This document shows positions 55,434 through 64,000 of a stretch of DNA of 64,000 bases, piece by piece. Numbering within the stretch: position 1 is the stretch's first letter; each line of letters opens with the position of its first letter. The position numbers were made by a program, and so were the translations under genes. Below the pieces are notes generated by a model. The model was not told the origin of the DNA. It did no database searches and saw only the letters and a list, made by a program, of their open reading frames with translations. Source of the stretch: a virus; IMG/VR virus record IMGVR_UViG_3300021170_000008, positions 1 to 64,000 of that record; one strand, given 5' to 3'.

Positions 55434-57958
55434 TATTTCTTCTCCCAGCCTTTAGCTTTAAACGCAGCCTCAGCGTCCTTGGCACTTAAACCAGGGTGAT
55501 CTTTTACCGCTGCGTCCACGTCTGCCTGAGTATAGATTTTAGGTTTTGGCGGAGGTGGCGTCTGACCGGCTGAGGCTCTGCCGAGGGCGCTATCTTTAAC
55601 TTCGCCTTTCAGTTTATCAAGGCTATCCTTCATCCCAGCTTGTTCTAGCACGGCCTGAGTTTTGATCTGATTAACCAAGCCAACAACTTCGCCCAACGTA
55701 GCGTTCGGATCGACAATCTTGTCTACATTCTCCGCAGTACTTACAGGAAGTTGGGCTCTAGACAGACCACCGCCTGACGTAACAGTCGCGTACTGGCGCT
55801 GGAAGTCATTTAGTGCAACTAAGTATTGACGAATATCTGGATCTCCGACAGCTTCCAGCTTTATACCTCTCCATTTTTGGTTGAGCCAAGGCGACCCAGA
55901 CTGCGGAATCTTTTTTGCGAGATCCAAAATGTTCGGAGAAAAACGATCCATAATACTATTAAGTCTTTGGAGAGCCCCATAGCGTTCAACGGTGTCGCTA
56001 AGTGCCTTGATCTTATCTTTGTCAACAGCGGCAGCCGCCTGAAATTCAGACGGACTAAGGCCGGTGCGTCGAGCAAGTGCATCCTGTCCGGCTAATTTTC
56101 TGACGTTGGCCTTACCGCTTACCTTGGTTGTCCCCATCAGATCGCCAAGATAGATATCGATGTTCTTGTTTTCTTCTGCCGTCTGGGCGATTTGCTGTGG
56201 CGTTATAGCCGTAGCACCTACTGGCTTAGCGGCAGGCCTTGGCGCAGCCCCAGGTGGAGTCGCCGTCGTCGGCTTAGTGGTTGTGGGCGCTGGGGCCTGC
56301 CCACCAGGAGGTGCAGCTTGCGCGATAGGCTTGGCTACTGCTGGCGGAGTAGACGGTACCGGTGGCGTTGCTGCTGGCTTGCCGACCTGTCCCTTGAACG
56401 GGTCACCCGCGCCGACGCCAGTCAGCATCGCATCGATAGCTTCTTCTTGCTGTGTGCGACCAAGACGAATGCCTAGCGCCTTATATGTCTTTTTACCGGC
56501 GTCTTCCATCGCTTCGGCATTGGTCATCCCGAGCCCTCTTGCGGCACGGTAGAATTCACCGAACGTGCCGTAGGACTTAGATCGGATATCGGCGGTGATC
56601 TCTCCGGCAGTTTCAGTCCGGATCACATTTTCAACCGGTTTCCCGGTAGCAACAGACCTTGGTGGCTCATCCGGGTTTTGCGGGTCTACCCATACTTCAA
56701 CCGGATCGTCACTACCTTCCACAATGGCCCACGAAGTCTTGAGGTTATGCGGCTTAGTCGCAGCCTTGGCGTCTATTGGATAGAGCTTATCGTCCTTTCC
56801 TTGAACGTAATTACCGGTCTTTTTAACTGGCCCACCGAAGGCAGTCTTAGCGTTCGGATTACCCTCTAAGATATCCGCTCCGGGAATTCCCTTAATGTCT
56901 TCGGCTAGGGACTTATTAGCACGCACCTTGTCATTTTCGGCGATCCTATTAACGATCATCTTCGCGGTTGGATTGTTCGGATCTAATGTCAGCACCCGGT
57001 TGAGCCGCTTCATGAACTCCGGATCTTTCATTACATCCTGGGAGCCAGCCTGCGCTGGTGGGACTTGTGGCTGCTGTTGTGCCCCCGGAGGCGGAGCCGT
57101 CTGCGCTTGCTGTTGCGGTGCCGGTTGCTGACGCATAGCGGTCGGCATTTGCTGCTGAGCGCCAGTAGTAGCTACCGTCTGCGGAGGCTGGGCTTGCTGC
57201 GGCGCTGCCGCCTGGGGTGCCGGTTGCCCGCCCGGCGGTGGAGGGGTCTGTTGCGCTTGTTGCTGTTGCGCCCCAGACCCGTACGGAAGGATGTTCGGCT
57301 TCTGTTGCTGTGGCTGCGCTGGCTGCTGTGCCGGTGCTGATTGTTGTGGCTGTTGACCGCTCTGCGGCTGTCCGTAGTTCTGGCTGTAGTACTGTGTTAG
57401 ATCGTTAGCGGCTTTCTCTGCCGCCTGCGGTGCGGTCTGAGCCTTGTCCATGTCGGACCATATACCGCTGAGCGTCTTGTGGATTTGCTCTGGACCAAAC
57501 TCGAATTTATTTGGCGGAGGCCCAACCATTCCATCAAATACATTCTTCAGGGCCTTCAGCGCCGGATTTTCTTTGTCTTTTGACTTGTGCACCTCTTGGT
57601 ATACATCTGCCCAACGTAGCGCATCTAACTTGCCATATAGCTTCTGCTTGGTTACGGCATTCGGGTCATCTGAAGCATCCGGTAGGTTTGATTTTTCTAC
57701 CCTACCCCTAGCGTCGTCGATATCTTGCTTTAGCTGATTGCGCTGTTGTTCTTGTTTGTCGAAGGCCATCTTACGGCCACGACTAAACCCTTCAAGGAAC
57801 TTGTCGGCGATCATCGCCGAACCTTCGAGTGCTCCGCCGCCACCAGATACGGTTTGCGGTGCGGTTGACTGGTATTGCTGTGGCTGCAAAGATTCCGAGA
57901 ATGGAAATGCTGAAATACTATAGGGATTGTTGACTTGCCCTTGTTTTTCGTCTGCCAT
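55433..57958 (-). CDS. Putative internal virion/ejection protein (Gln/Pro/Ala-rich)
   Basis: Long ORF; probable start MADEKQ. Confidence 0.6.
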   Translation of the reverse strand: MADEKQGQVNNPYSISAFPFSESLQPQQYQSTAPQTVSGGGGALEGSAMIADKFLEGFSRGRKMAFDKQEQQRNQLKQDIDDARGRVEKSNLPDASDDPNAVTKQKLYGKLDALRWADVYQEVHKSKDKENPALKALKNVFDGMVGPPPNKFEFGPEQIHKTLSGIWSDMDKAQTAPQAAEKAANDLTQYYSQNYGQPQSGQQPQQSAPAQQPAQPQQQKPNILPYGSGAQQQQAQQTPPPPGGQPAPQAAAPQQAQPPQTVATTGAQQQMPTAMRQQPAPQQQAQTAPPPGAQQQPQVPPAQAGSQDVMKDPEFMKRLNRVLTLDPNNPTAKMIVNRIAENDKVRANKSLAEDIKGIPGADILEGNPNAKTAFGGPVKKTGNYVQGKDDKLYPIDAKAATKPHNLKTSWAIVEGSDDPVEVWVDPQNPDEPPRSVATGKPVENVIRTETAGEITADIRSKSYGTFGEFYRAARGLGMTNAEAMEDAGKKTYKALGIRLGRTQQEEAIDAMLTGVGAGDPFKGQVGKPAATPPVPSTPPAVAKPIAQAAPPGGQAPAPTTTKPTTATPPGAAPRPAAKPVGATAITPQQIAQTAEENKNIDIYLGDLMGTTKVSGKANVRKLAGQDALARRTGLSPSEFQAAAAVDKDKIKALSDTVERYGALQRLNSIMDRFSPNILDLAKKIPQSGSPWLNQKWRGIKLEAVGDPDIRQYLVALNDFQRQYATVTSGGGLSRAQLPVSTAENVDKIVDPNATLGEVVGLVNQIKTQAVLEQAGMKDSLDKLKGEVKDSALGRASAGQTPPPPKPKIYTQADVDAAVKDHPGLSAKDAEAAFKAKGWEKK

Positions 57959-57959
57959 G

Positions 57960-58562
57960 TTAGAGCGTTCCGAATGCCCCGCCACCGGCGGCTGTGCCTG
58001 CTGCGCCCGCTAAACTTCCGAGGAACGACATAGTACTTGCCTTCCGTTGATTCTGCGCCGTCATGATATTCTGCAAAGCTCCCTGGCCTTGCTGAAATCC
58101 AGTTAACGCCTGACCCGTCCCAGTGAAGCCAGCGCCTTCCTGCTGGAGCCCGAGAGTAGCCTGACCTGCGGCAAGCTGGCCTAAATTCTGAAGCGCCCCA
58201 GTGTATGCCTGATTCATAGCTCCGGCGCTCGACTGGCTCTGCTGGATCTGGGCCTGCGCAAGAGCCACATCGCGCCCGGCTCCGGCTGGCACGGTATTGT
58301 AGATATTGTCTTCGGCCTGCTTTGCGCCTTGTGAAATTTGCCCGAGTAACGGAGCCGCAGCCGAGATGCGGTTAGCCTGACTCCCGGAGGCGATACCGGT
58401 ATAAAAATCTACCAGAGGCTGCTGGAGCGTGTTGCTTCGCTGGATCTCCTGCTGTCCCTGCTGGAGAAACTGCTGCCCCAGAGCGTTTTGCTGTTGTCCA
58501 AGGGCTACCTGCTGTTGTTCAAGCGCCTGCGACTGTTTTTCCGTACTCGAAGATCCGCCCAT
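57960..58562 (-). CDS. Putative DNA pilot/ejection protein
   Basis: MGGSSS start, Gln/Ala/Gly-rich, C-terminal GSLAGAAG; follows GNAT gene. Confidence 0.6.
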   Translation of the reverse strand: MGGSSSTEKQSQALEQQQVALGQQQNALGQQFLQQGQQEIQRSNTLQQPLVDFYTGIASGSQANRISAAAPLLGQISQGAKQAEDNIYNTVPAGAGRDVALAQAQIQQSQSSAGAMNQAYTGALQNLGQLAAGQATLGLQQEGAGFTGTGQALTGFQQGQGALQNIMTAQNQRKASTMSFLGSLAGAAGTAAGGGAFGTL

Positions 58563-58612
58563 GAATACCTCACGGCCCGTATGTTATTGAGCCGTCGGTA
58601 TAATTATCGGAT

Positions 58613-59236
58613 CTAAGGCTTTAGATGCCGCTCCCGAACTTCCTGCCAATGCTTGCGTGTAACTCCGCTAATATAGGCCGCACATGTCGGATAGTTGCCG
58701 TCTCCGTCAGGGTAGCAGGTATAACCGTCAAGTGGACCGTAAACCTGCCATCCTAAAGCCTTTACGAAACGTAATGCGGCGCGGTTTTTTTCTGGGGTAC
58801 ACCCGCAAAGCATCTCAAGCCCGGTAACTTTATCAAATATCCATTCCGTACATAGTGCTGCTGCTATCAGCGTCTGCCTGGGCGGGGTGTGTCTAAAGTA
58901 TCCGTGGCCTACTTCCATCTTCTTCCCGCCGGATTTTCCGACCGGGACCAAATTATTCATCCATGAAAACCCGATGTGCTCAGCCTTGTCGATGCCGTTA
59001 GCAACCGAGAAGCAGGCTAAGATGGCTGTCATTTTCGTACAGAATTCGTTCAAGATCCAAGCTAGGGTGGGCTCTGGGCCTTCGTGGAATATAAGCGGCA
59101 AGGTTTTCTCGTCCTGGAATCGAAGGAACCCGTTGATCAATAATTTTTCAACGGGATACGGAGCTACAAGTATTTGTCCGTACTGGTATATCCCACTATC
59201 TTCCTTCTTCAACTCAGGCATGTAGGATCGTAGCAC
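58613..59236 (-). CDS. GNAT-fold acetyltransferase-like protein
   Basis: TPEKNRAALRFVKALGW motif; podovirus-type position before internal proteins. Confidence 0.65.
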   Translation of the reverse strand: MLRSYMPELKKEDSGIYQYGQILVAPYPVEKLLINGFLRFQDEKTLPLIFHEGPEPTLAWILNEFCTKMTAILACFSVANGIDKAEHIGFSWMNNLVPVGKSGGKKMEVGHGYFRHTPPRQTLIAAALCTEWIFDKVTGLEMLCGCTPEKNRAALRFVKALGWQVYGPLDGYTCYPDGDGNYPTCAAYISGVTRKHWQEVRERHLKP

Positions 59237-59373
59237 GGTTTACGCTTGACAACAAGTATTTGGCGTGCTAGGGTTAGGTTCAGGCGGCAGACCAATCGCG
59301 TACGACAAAGGGGAGGTTTTCCTCCGATTGCTTCCCTCCCGCGCTGCCGCCTTAAGTTTCCTGGGGAGTAAAA

Positions 59374-59877
59374 ATGAACATTGAGTTGATGAACCGCGTC
59401 CGCGCCAAGGTGTTAGCCGAGCCAAACCGGGTGAACATGGAAAGATGGCAGCGGACGAAAAAGATACTCGGAATCTTCAAATGCGGAACGGTTTGCTGCA
59501 TAGCTGGTCACGCTATTGAATCCGAAGGGGACTGTATTCCATATCACCTGGGGCAACATGGGGTAGTCGAAACTGGAGCCGCACTGCTTCAGATCCCACT
59601 GGATGAGGCTTACCTGCTATTCTTTTTCCATAATGGGCAGGCGATGAAATTACCAGTATTTACTGGAGCTATAGACCCATATGTGGATCTGCGTATGCGC
59701 CTCGCCATTCGTCGTCCAGGCACCCCGCAGTATGCCGCCGTAGTAGCCGAAGCTATCGACCGGTGCATCGCACGGAACCACAAACCTGATCCGCAGCCGG
59801 AACCAGAGCCAGAGCCAGAGCCGATTGTCGTCGAGACAGACGAAGTTCGCGCTCACGCCTTAGGGGTGCGGCTGTAA
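59374..59877 (+). CDS. Hypothetical protein (CGTVCCIAG family)
   Basis: SD GGAG; own promoter at ~59246. Confidence 0.65.
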   Translation: MNIELMNRVRAKVLAEPNRVNMERWQRTKKILGIFKCGTVCCIAGHAIESEGDCIPYHLGQHGVVETGAALLQIPLDEAYLLFFFHNGQAMKLPVFTGAIDPYVDLRMRLAIRRPGTPQYAAVVAEAIDRCIARNHKPDPQPEPEPEPEPIVVETDEVRAHALGVRL

Positions 59878-60140
59878 TGGGTTGGTACGATCTGTCGATC
59901 TTGTTGAATATCGCCTGCGTGGCTGGGTTAATGGTGGTTCTGTGCTCAAGTGAAAACCGACGCAGGCTGGCTGCATGGTTACTAGCTTCGGCGCAGGCAA
60001 ACGACGAGATCCGAGCGGCTAAGCTAGCCATCATGGCCGAAGCCAAGATCAGGCGGGCCGATTTGGAGCAGCGCTTTAGATGCGGAAGTCAGTTAGAAGA
60101 ATCTGAGTCTACTGAACGTCAGTTAGCACGCCGCCAGTAA
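59877..60140 (+). CDS. Small membrane protein
   Basis: N-terminal TM; coupled. Confidence 0.5.
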   Translation: MGWYDLSILLNIACVAGLMVVLCSSENRRRLAAWLLASAQANDEIRAAKLAIMAEAKIRRADLEQRFRCGSQLEESESTERQLARRQ

Positions 60141-60537
60141 ATACCAGCATAGTTTTTGCGACGCCTCCAACGGTAAAAGTTCCAACTATAGTTCCAGAGA
60201 AACCTCCGCCGACGGCTCCAATCGGCTGAGAGGTCTGTACGTTAGTACTGCTAGTCTGGAAAGCTCCAGACACTAGAGCCTGCCGCTGACTAGTTGGCGA
60301 GAACAGCGTTAGTCCGGAACGTAACGTCAGAACCGAATCTTTGTTGATTGGCGGGCTAGTCTGAGATGGAAGCTGAATGTCTGGGGCCGTCAGTAAGGCT
60401 GATAAGCTAACCGGCCCTGCTCCGCCAGATAGGGATATGATCTGCCCCCAGGCCCGCTGAAAATTTCTATTCAATTTTCCAAGCGTAGGATCTTTTAGAT
60501 CATCTTCGCTAATCTCTGGTAACGCTGGAGTTGACAT
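60109..60537 (-). CDS. Putative virion structural protein
   Basis: SD GGAG before MSTPAL; C-terminal FTGGVLT fibre-type motif. Confidence 0.55.
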   Translation of the reverse strand: MSTPALPEISEDDLKDPTLGKLNRNFQRAWGQIISLSGGAGPVSLSALLTAPDIQLPSQTSPPINKDSVLTLRSGLTLFSPTSQRQALVSGAFQTSSTNVQTSQPIGAVGGGFSGTIVGTFTVGGVAKTMLVFTGGVLTDVQ

Positions 60538-60632
60538 AATTCTCCATTTCTTCTCCACCTGTAGTATAATAGGGGGCACTGGACGCTCTAACGTCCGATA
60601 CCCCCTCACCAGAGGGCCTTGATGGAGGCCAA

Positions 60633-61136
60633 ATGGCTAAGTACGATCCTAAGCCACTTCCTGCGCTAAGAGCAAAGGATATCTCAAAATTCTGGGCGAA
60701 CGTAGATCAATCCGCCGGGCCAAACGGATGCTGGCCGTGGACTGCCGGTTTATTCAAAACTGGAGGATACGGACAGATCAGGATAGGGAAAGCAAAGTAC
60801 CGCGCTCATCGCATTGGGTACATGCTTCGCTATCAGGAAGACGCCTTCCCGCTTGATGTACTTCACCGCTGCGACAACCCGCCGTGCTGCAACGGCAGAC
60901 ACCTCTACGCCGGAACCCCGTTGGATAACGCACGCGACACTATCGGTCGCGGAAGAAGGCCACGGGGGCTTCGTGGTGCAGATGTTTCTGGATCTAAACT
61001 GACCGAGTCCGACGTAATTCGCATACGGCAGCTAGCGCTTACCTTTCAGCACAAGCAAATAGCCCCGATGTTCTCCGTATCTGAATCCAATATAACGATG
61101 ATCGTAAATAGGCGAAGATGGAAACATATACCGTGA
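60633..61136 (+). CDS. HNH homing endonuclease
   Basis: CWPW, GYG, AHR, HRCDNPPCCN..HL..GT..DN. Confidence 0.85.
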   Translation: MAKYDPKPLPALRAKDISKFWANVDQSAGPNGCWPWTAGLFKTGGYGQIRIGKAKYRAHRIGYMLRYQEDAFPLDVLHRCDNPPCCNGRHLYAGTPLDNARDTIGRGRRPRGLRGADVSGSKLTESDVIRIRQLALTFQHKQIAPMFSVSESNITMIVNRRRWKHIP

Positions 61137-61140
61137 ATGC

Positions 61141-62763
61141 TTACAGCAAATCACCCTGCCCACCGGACCTCATTTTTGCTACGCTAGAAAGATTCCACTT
61201 TCCAAGCCTTGGTTTGGCCACTGGCAACAGCATCTGCTGATTGATCGGCATTAAGTTGAATGCTTTGATCTGATCTTCTCCAAAACCTATGAATTCGATA
61301 CGAGAATTCGCGTAGAGCTTGAATTTGGCGCAGGGATTGGGCGGGATGAACGTAGGAGTTACAAAAAACTCTGACCCGCAGAAGTCGTTCAACATTCCAC
61401 AGGTTCCCATCATTTGGCCATTACTCCTGAAGGACATAGCAATTGAGTTTAGTTCGGCAGGTGGCGGCACGGTGCCATTGATATGGTACGGCGGGATGAG
61501 AAGTTGGTTCAGTTCGTTATCGAAAAACACCGTCGGGCCAGTCCAGCTTGTATCGCTTGCTGCCCGAGTGTAGGTAATAATCTGCTCCCAACCTTCACCG
61601 AGTGGGCCTTCGTCATCAAAAGCGTTGCGCGTGTGGCAGATCGCAACGTAATACCTAGATTCGTCGGCATTTGTAAAGAAATACGGAGGCCCCTCCTCTG
61701 AATCCTCGAAGTCATAAACGGAGTCTATAAGCTCAAACGTAAAAGATGGACCAGATGCCGAGCTAGTGATCAAAAACCAGCAATTTGGTATGACCGGCGG
61801 AGCCGGAGACCAGACTCCGGGATCTATCTCACTACAAATCGTAGGGAAAATAATTTTATTTACAGACGCAAGATACCTGGGAACGCTACTGACTGCGAAC
61901 AGCGAAAACCCAGGACCGGCTGTTCCGAGCGTGGTCGATACAAGCGTATCATCCACCAATGCTCCTGTTGAATTTATCCTGGCACAGCGAAATTGCGTAA
62001 CATCGGTAACGTTACTCTGCGGAAAAGTGTAATACACGTCAGCGGTGAAGTAGAACACCCATGAAATACCGCTTCCGTCTACGCAGGCACCGACTACATC
62101 ACCAGATAGGTTATGAATATTGGATGTGTTTTGAGGGCCAAATTGACCCTGGAAGATAGTGAGAGGCGAACTCCAAGAGCTTCCATTCCATAGGGTAGCC
62201 TTAACGTTGCTATATGAATCCCCAGCAGAGAAGCCTCCGTTTGTAAAATACTCATCATAGACAACTAGGAACGTAGTGGCGTTGATCATCGTCGCTGTGA
62301 ACCACGGAAAGACTCTATCATTCCCTAACAGGAAATGTGGAACCACTCCGTTTGAGGTTATTGGCGATCCGTACGATCCTAGTCCATTGGCAGAAAGATT
62401 GAATGGGACTATCTCTATTTCTCCTGTGTCATTGCGCTGATACACCCCAAGAGCGCGCGTGTTAGCTATATCCAAGATCCAATACACAAGCGATGACTGC
62501 GGGGCATTGAGCCTTGGAGCGTTTGCCGAGTCCAGTACCGTCCATACAACGCCGTCGGGGCTAGATGATACACCCATCACGTCATTATCGAAGTTATCCA
62601 CGTATGGGTCGATTAAATTTGAATAAAATACATAGATATAGCCACCGTACTCTATTGGCGGTACAGTGAAGTTAGCCCCCCTATAGAAACCACCATCCCA
62701 CAAGGATGGTTGCCCAAGGGATACGTGCGGGTCGAGTTGATTGACTAGATACGGTACTGGCAT
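61141..62763 (-). CDS. Putative virion/receptor-binding beta-rich protein
   Basis: Long acidic beta-rich ORF; C-terminal module shared with 63035..63487. Confidence 0.6.
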   Translation of the reverse strand: MPVPYLVNQLDPHVSLGQPSLWDGGFYRGANFTVPPIEYGGYIYVFYSNLIDPYVDNFDNDVMGVSSSPDGVVWTVLDSANAPRLNAPQSSLVYWILDIANTRALGVYQRNDTGEIEIVPFNLSANGLGSYGSPITSNGVVPHFLLGNDRVFPWFTATMINATTFLVVYDEYFTNGGFSAGDSYSNVKATLWNGSSWSSPLTIFQGQFGPQNTSNIHNLSGDVVGACVDGSGISWVFYFTADVYYTFPQSNVTDVTQFRCARINSTGALVDDTLVSTTLGTAGPGFSLFAVSSVPRYLASVNKIIFPTICSEIDPGVWSPAPPVIPNCWFLITSSASGPSFTFELIDSVYDFEDSEEGPPYFFTNADESRYYVAICHTRNAFDDEGPLGEGWEQIITYTRAASDTSWTGPTVFFDNELNQLLIPPYHINGTVPPPAELNSIAMSFRSNGQMMGTCGMLNDFCGSEFFVTPTFIPPNPCAKFKLYANSRIEFIGFGEDQIKAFNLMPINQQMLLPVAKPRLGKWNLSSVAKMRSGGQGDLL

Positions 62764-63026
62764 TAGGTCTTAGGGATAGCCGCTTCACACGCCGCAATAT
62801 CCTCATCGCTTATCGTGATCTTGTGATCTGCTGCCCATTTCTGAGCCTGCTCTATTGAGTCCACGAAACGGGACATATGTATTTCAGGTATAGCTAAAAT
62901 GAACTTAAGTACCGCTCCCTTTCTACTTCCTTCCGTGCTCTTGATAATTATCCCGCCACAGTGCTGCACATCTGAGCAAGGATGCCGAAACGGCACTAAT
63001 CGCGCCACCTTAACGCCTAACATCAT
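62763..63026 (-). CDS. Hypothetical protein
   Basis: ORF between structural genes; start uncertain. Confidence 0.45.
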   Translation of the reverse strand: MMLGVKVARLVPFRHPCSDVQHCGGIIIKSTEGSRKGAVLKFILAIPEIHMSRFVDSIEQAQKWAADHKITISDEDIAACEAAIPKT

Positions 63027-63034
63027 ACCCACGT

Positions 63035-63487
63035 TTACCCCTCCGTCTCTCCAGCCGCAGTTAGGTTCCACATCCCAACTCGTGGCTCCGTCACCGGTAG
63101 CATCATCTCTTCGTCAACCTGGACTAAATTAAAGGATTGGATCTGATCTTCCCCGAAACCAATAAATTCGATAATTGAACTGGAGTAAAGTTTGAACTTG
63201 GCGCATTGCGATACCGAAGTATCGTATAATACTTCGAATATATTACCAGTAGTACCAAGGAGGAATATACTGGATAGATCGTACGAGCTACCGGCGATAG
63301 GGAAAAACTGAGATCCACCACCGACTATAATAGCCCCACGGCCAGACCCTATATTGGCGTCTCCGACCCTTGTGTCCGAGTTACCGATACTGGATTGAAT
63401 CTGAATCCAGGAAGCTAATACGGAGATCGAAGATAGCGGAACTTTTTGCCCCGTAGTAGCCGTAACGTCGGATATCGATACAATCAC
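63035..63487 (-). CDS. Putative small structural protein with shared C-terminal module
   Basis: RVGD...GRG motif; CAKFKLY...WNL tail. Confidence 0.6.
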   Translation of the reverse strand: MIVSISDVTATTGQKVPLSSISVLASWIQIQSSIGNSDTRVGDANIGSGRGAIIVGGGSQFFPIAGSSYDLSSIFLLGTTGNIFEVLYDTSVSQCAKFKLYSSSIIEFIGFGEDQIQSFNLVQVDEEMMLPVTEPRVGMWNLTAAGETEG

Positions 63488-63499
63488 AGTAGAGGTCTT

Positions 63500-63784
63500 T
63501 CATTGCTTCGTATCTGGCTTTGCGTCCTGCTTAGATTGAGTAGGCGCAGGCGGCAGAGCTAGCGTACATACCGGTTCCTGGAATTGGTCTATTTGCAAAA
63601 CCATTCCGCGAGTCTGGCAATCCGCAATCTTTACCTTCAGGTGATCCTCACGTTCCTGCTGAGCTTTGCGGAGATTGGCCGTTAGGCGATGATATTCGCG
63701 AAGCCATTGTGCGTCAGATTTTTGCTGTGATGTTTCCGCTAGAATTAGCGTAGCTAGGCAAGCCATAGCGAGTATTATTTTCAT
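63500..63784 (-). CDS. Signal-peptide coiled-coil protein
   Basis: MKIILAMACLATLILA; extended -10 TAAAAT 6 nt upstream. Confidence 0.55.
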   Translation of the reverse strand: MKIILAMACLATLILAETSQQKSDAQWLREYHRLTANLRKAQQEREDHLKVKIADCQTRGMVLQIDQFQEPVCTLALPPAPTQSKQDAKPDTKQ

Positions 63785-64000
63785 GGATTTATTTTACACC
63801 ATAGCCTCTTCCCTGAATATTATCCTACGCCGATGTTCTGGCGTTTTGCAAACCCGTCTAACCTGGATAGACTCATGGGGTGTTACTCGTCATCCCCTCG
63901 ATTGTGGTAACTAGCGTAGAGATAGGCATGGGGGCAATCGTCAGCTTAATGTGTGAGTGCCCCGTGACGGAAGTCCCGGCATTCGTACCTGTGTAGTATT

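Noticed and set aside
57050-57380. CAG/CCG-rich tandem repeat element
   Set aside because: Simply encodes Gln/Pro/Ala low-complexity protein.

Overview
A 64-kb segment of a large tailed dsDNA bacteriophage genome, probably infecting an Acidobacteriota host (inferred from two proteins resembling acidobacterial families as I recall them). Layout: a leftward arm (93-12002) with two large signal-peptide/fibre-like proteins, a sigma-region-2 protein and many small ORFs. A divergent promoter region follows (~12003-12450). A long rightward arm (12453-53703) carries early small genes, a Ycf46-like AAA ATPase/DUF1257/DUF2997/DUF3150 module, ParB-like, Bet recombinase and exonuclease genes, a replication initiator with DnaB, RNA ligase, RusA, glycosyl-/methyltransferases, a Ro60 (TROVE) gene and a second AAA ATPase. 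The window ends with a leftward virion/ejection-protein arm (53729-64000). Main highlights: (1) the Ro60 gene is flanked by five clear and one degenerate Y-RNA-like elements that share a Ro-binding scaffold but carry different payload domains (two tRNA-like, one four-hairpin, two minimal A-rich loops). (2) At least nine unrelated proteins, including the Ycf46-like ATPase, end in a shared C-terminal (K/P)LRAIEL-type peptide encoded by different synonymous codons. (3) A 20-bp TGAATCC-N6-CATCYAA motif recurs seven times in front of early genes, in a phage encoding two sigma proteins that appear to lack region 4. All family assignments come from recalled motifs, not database searches.
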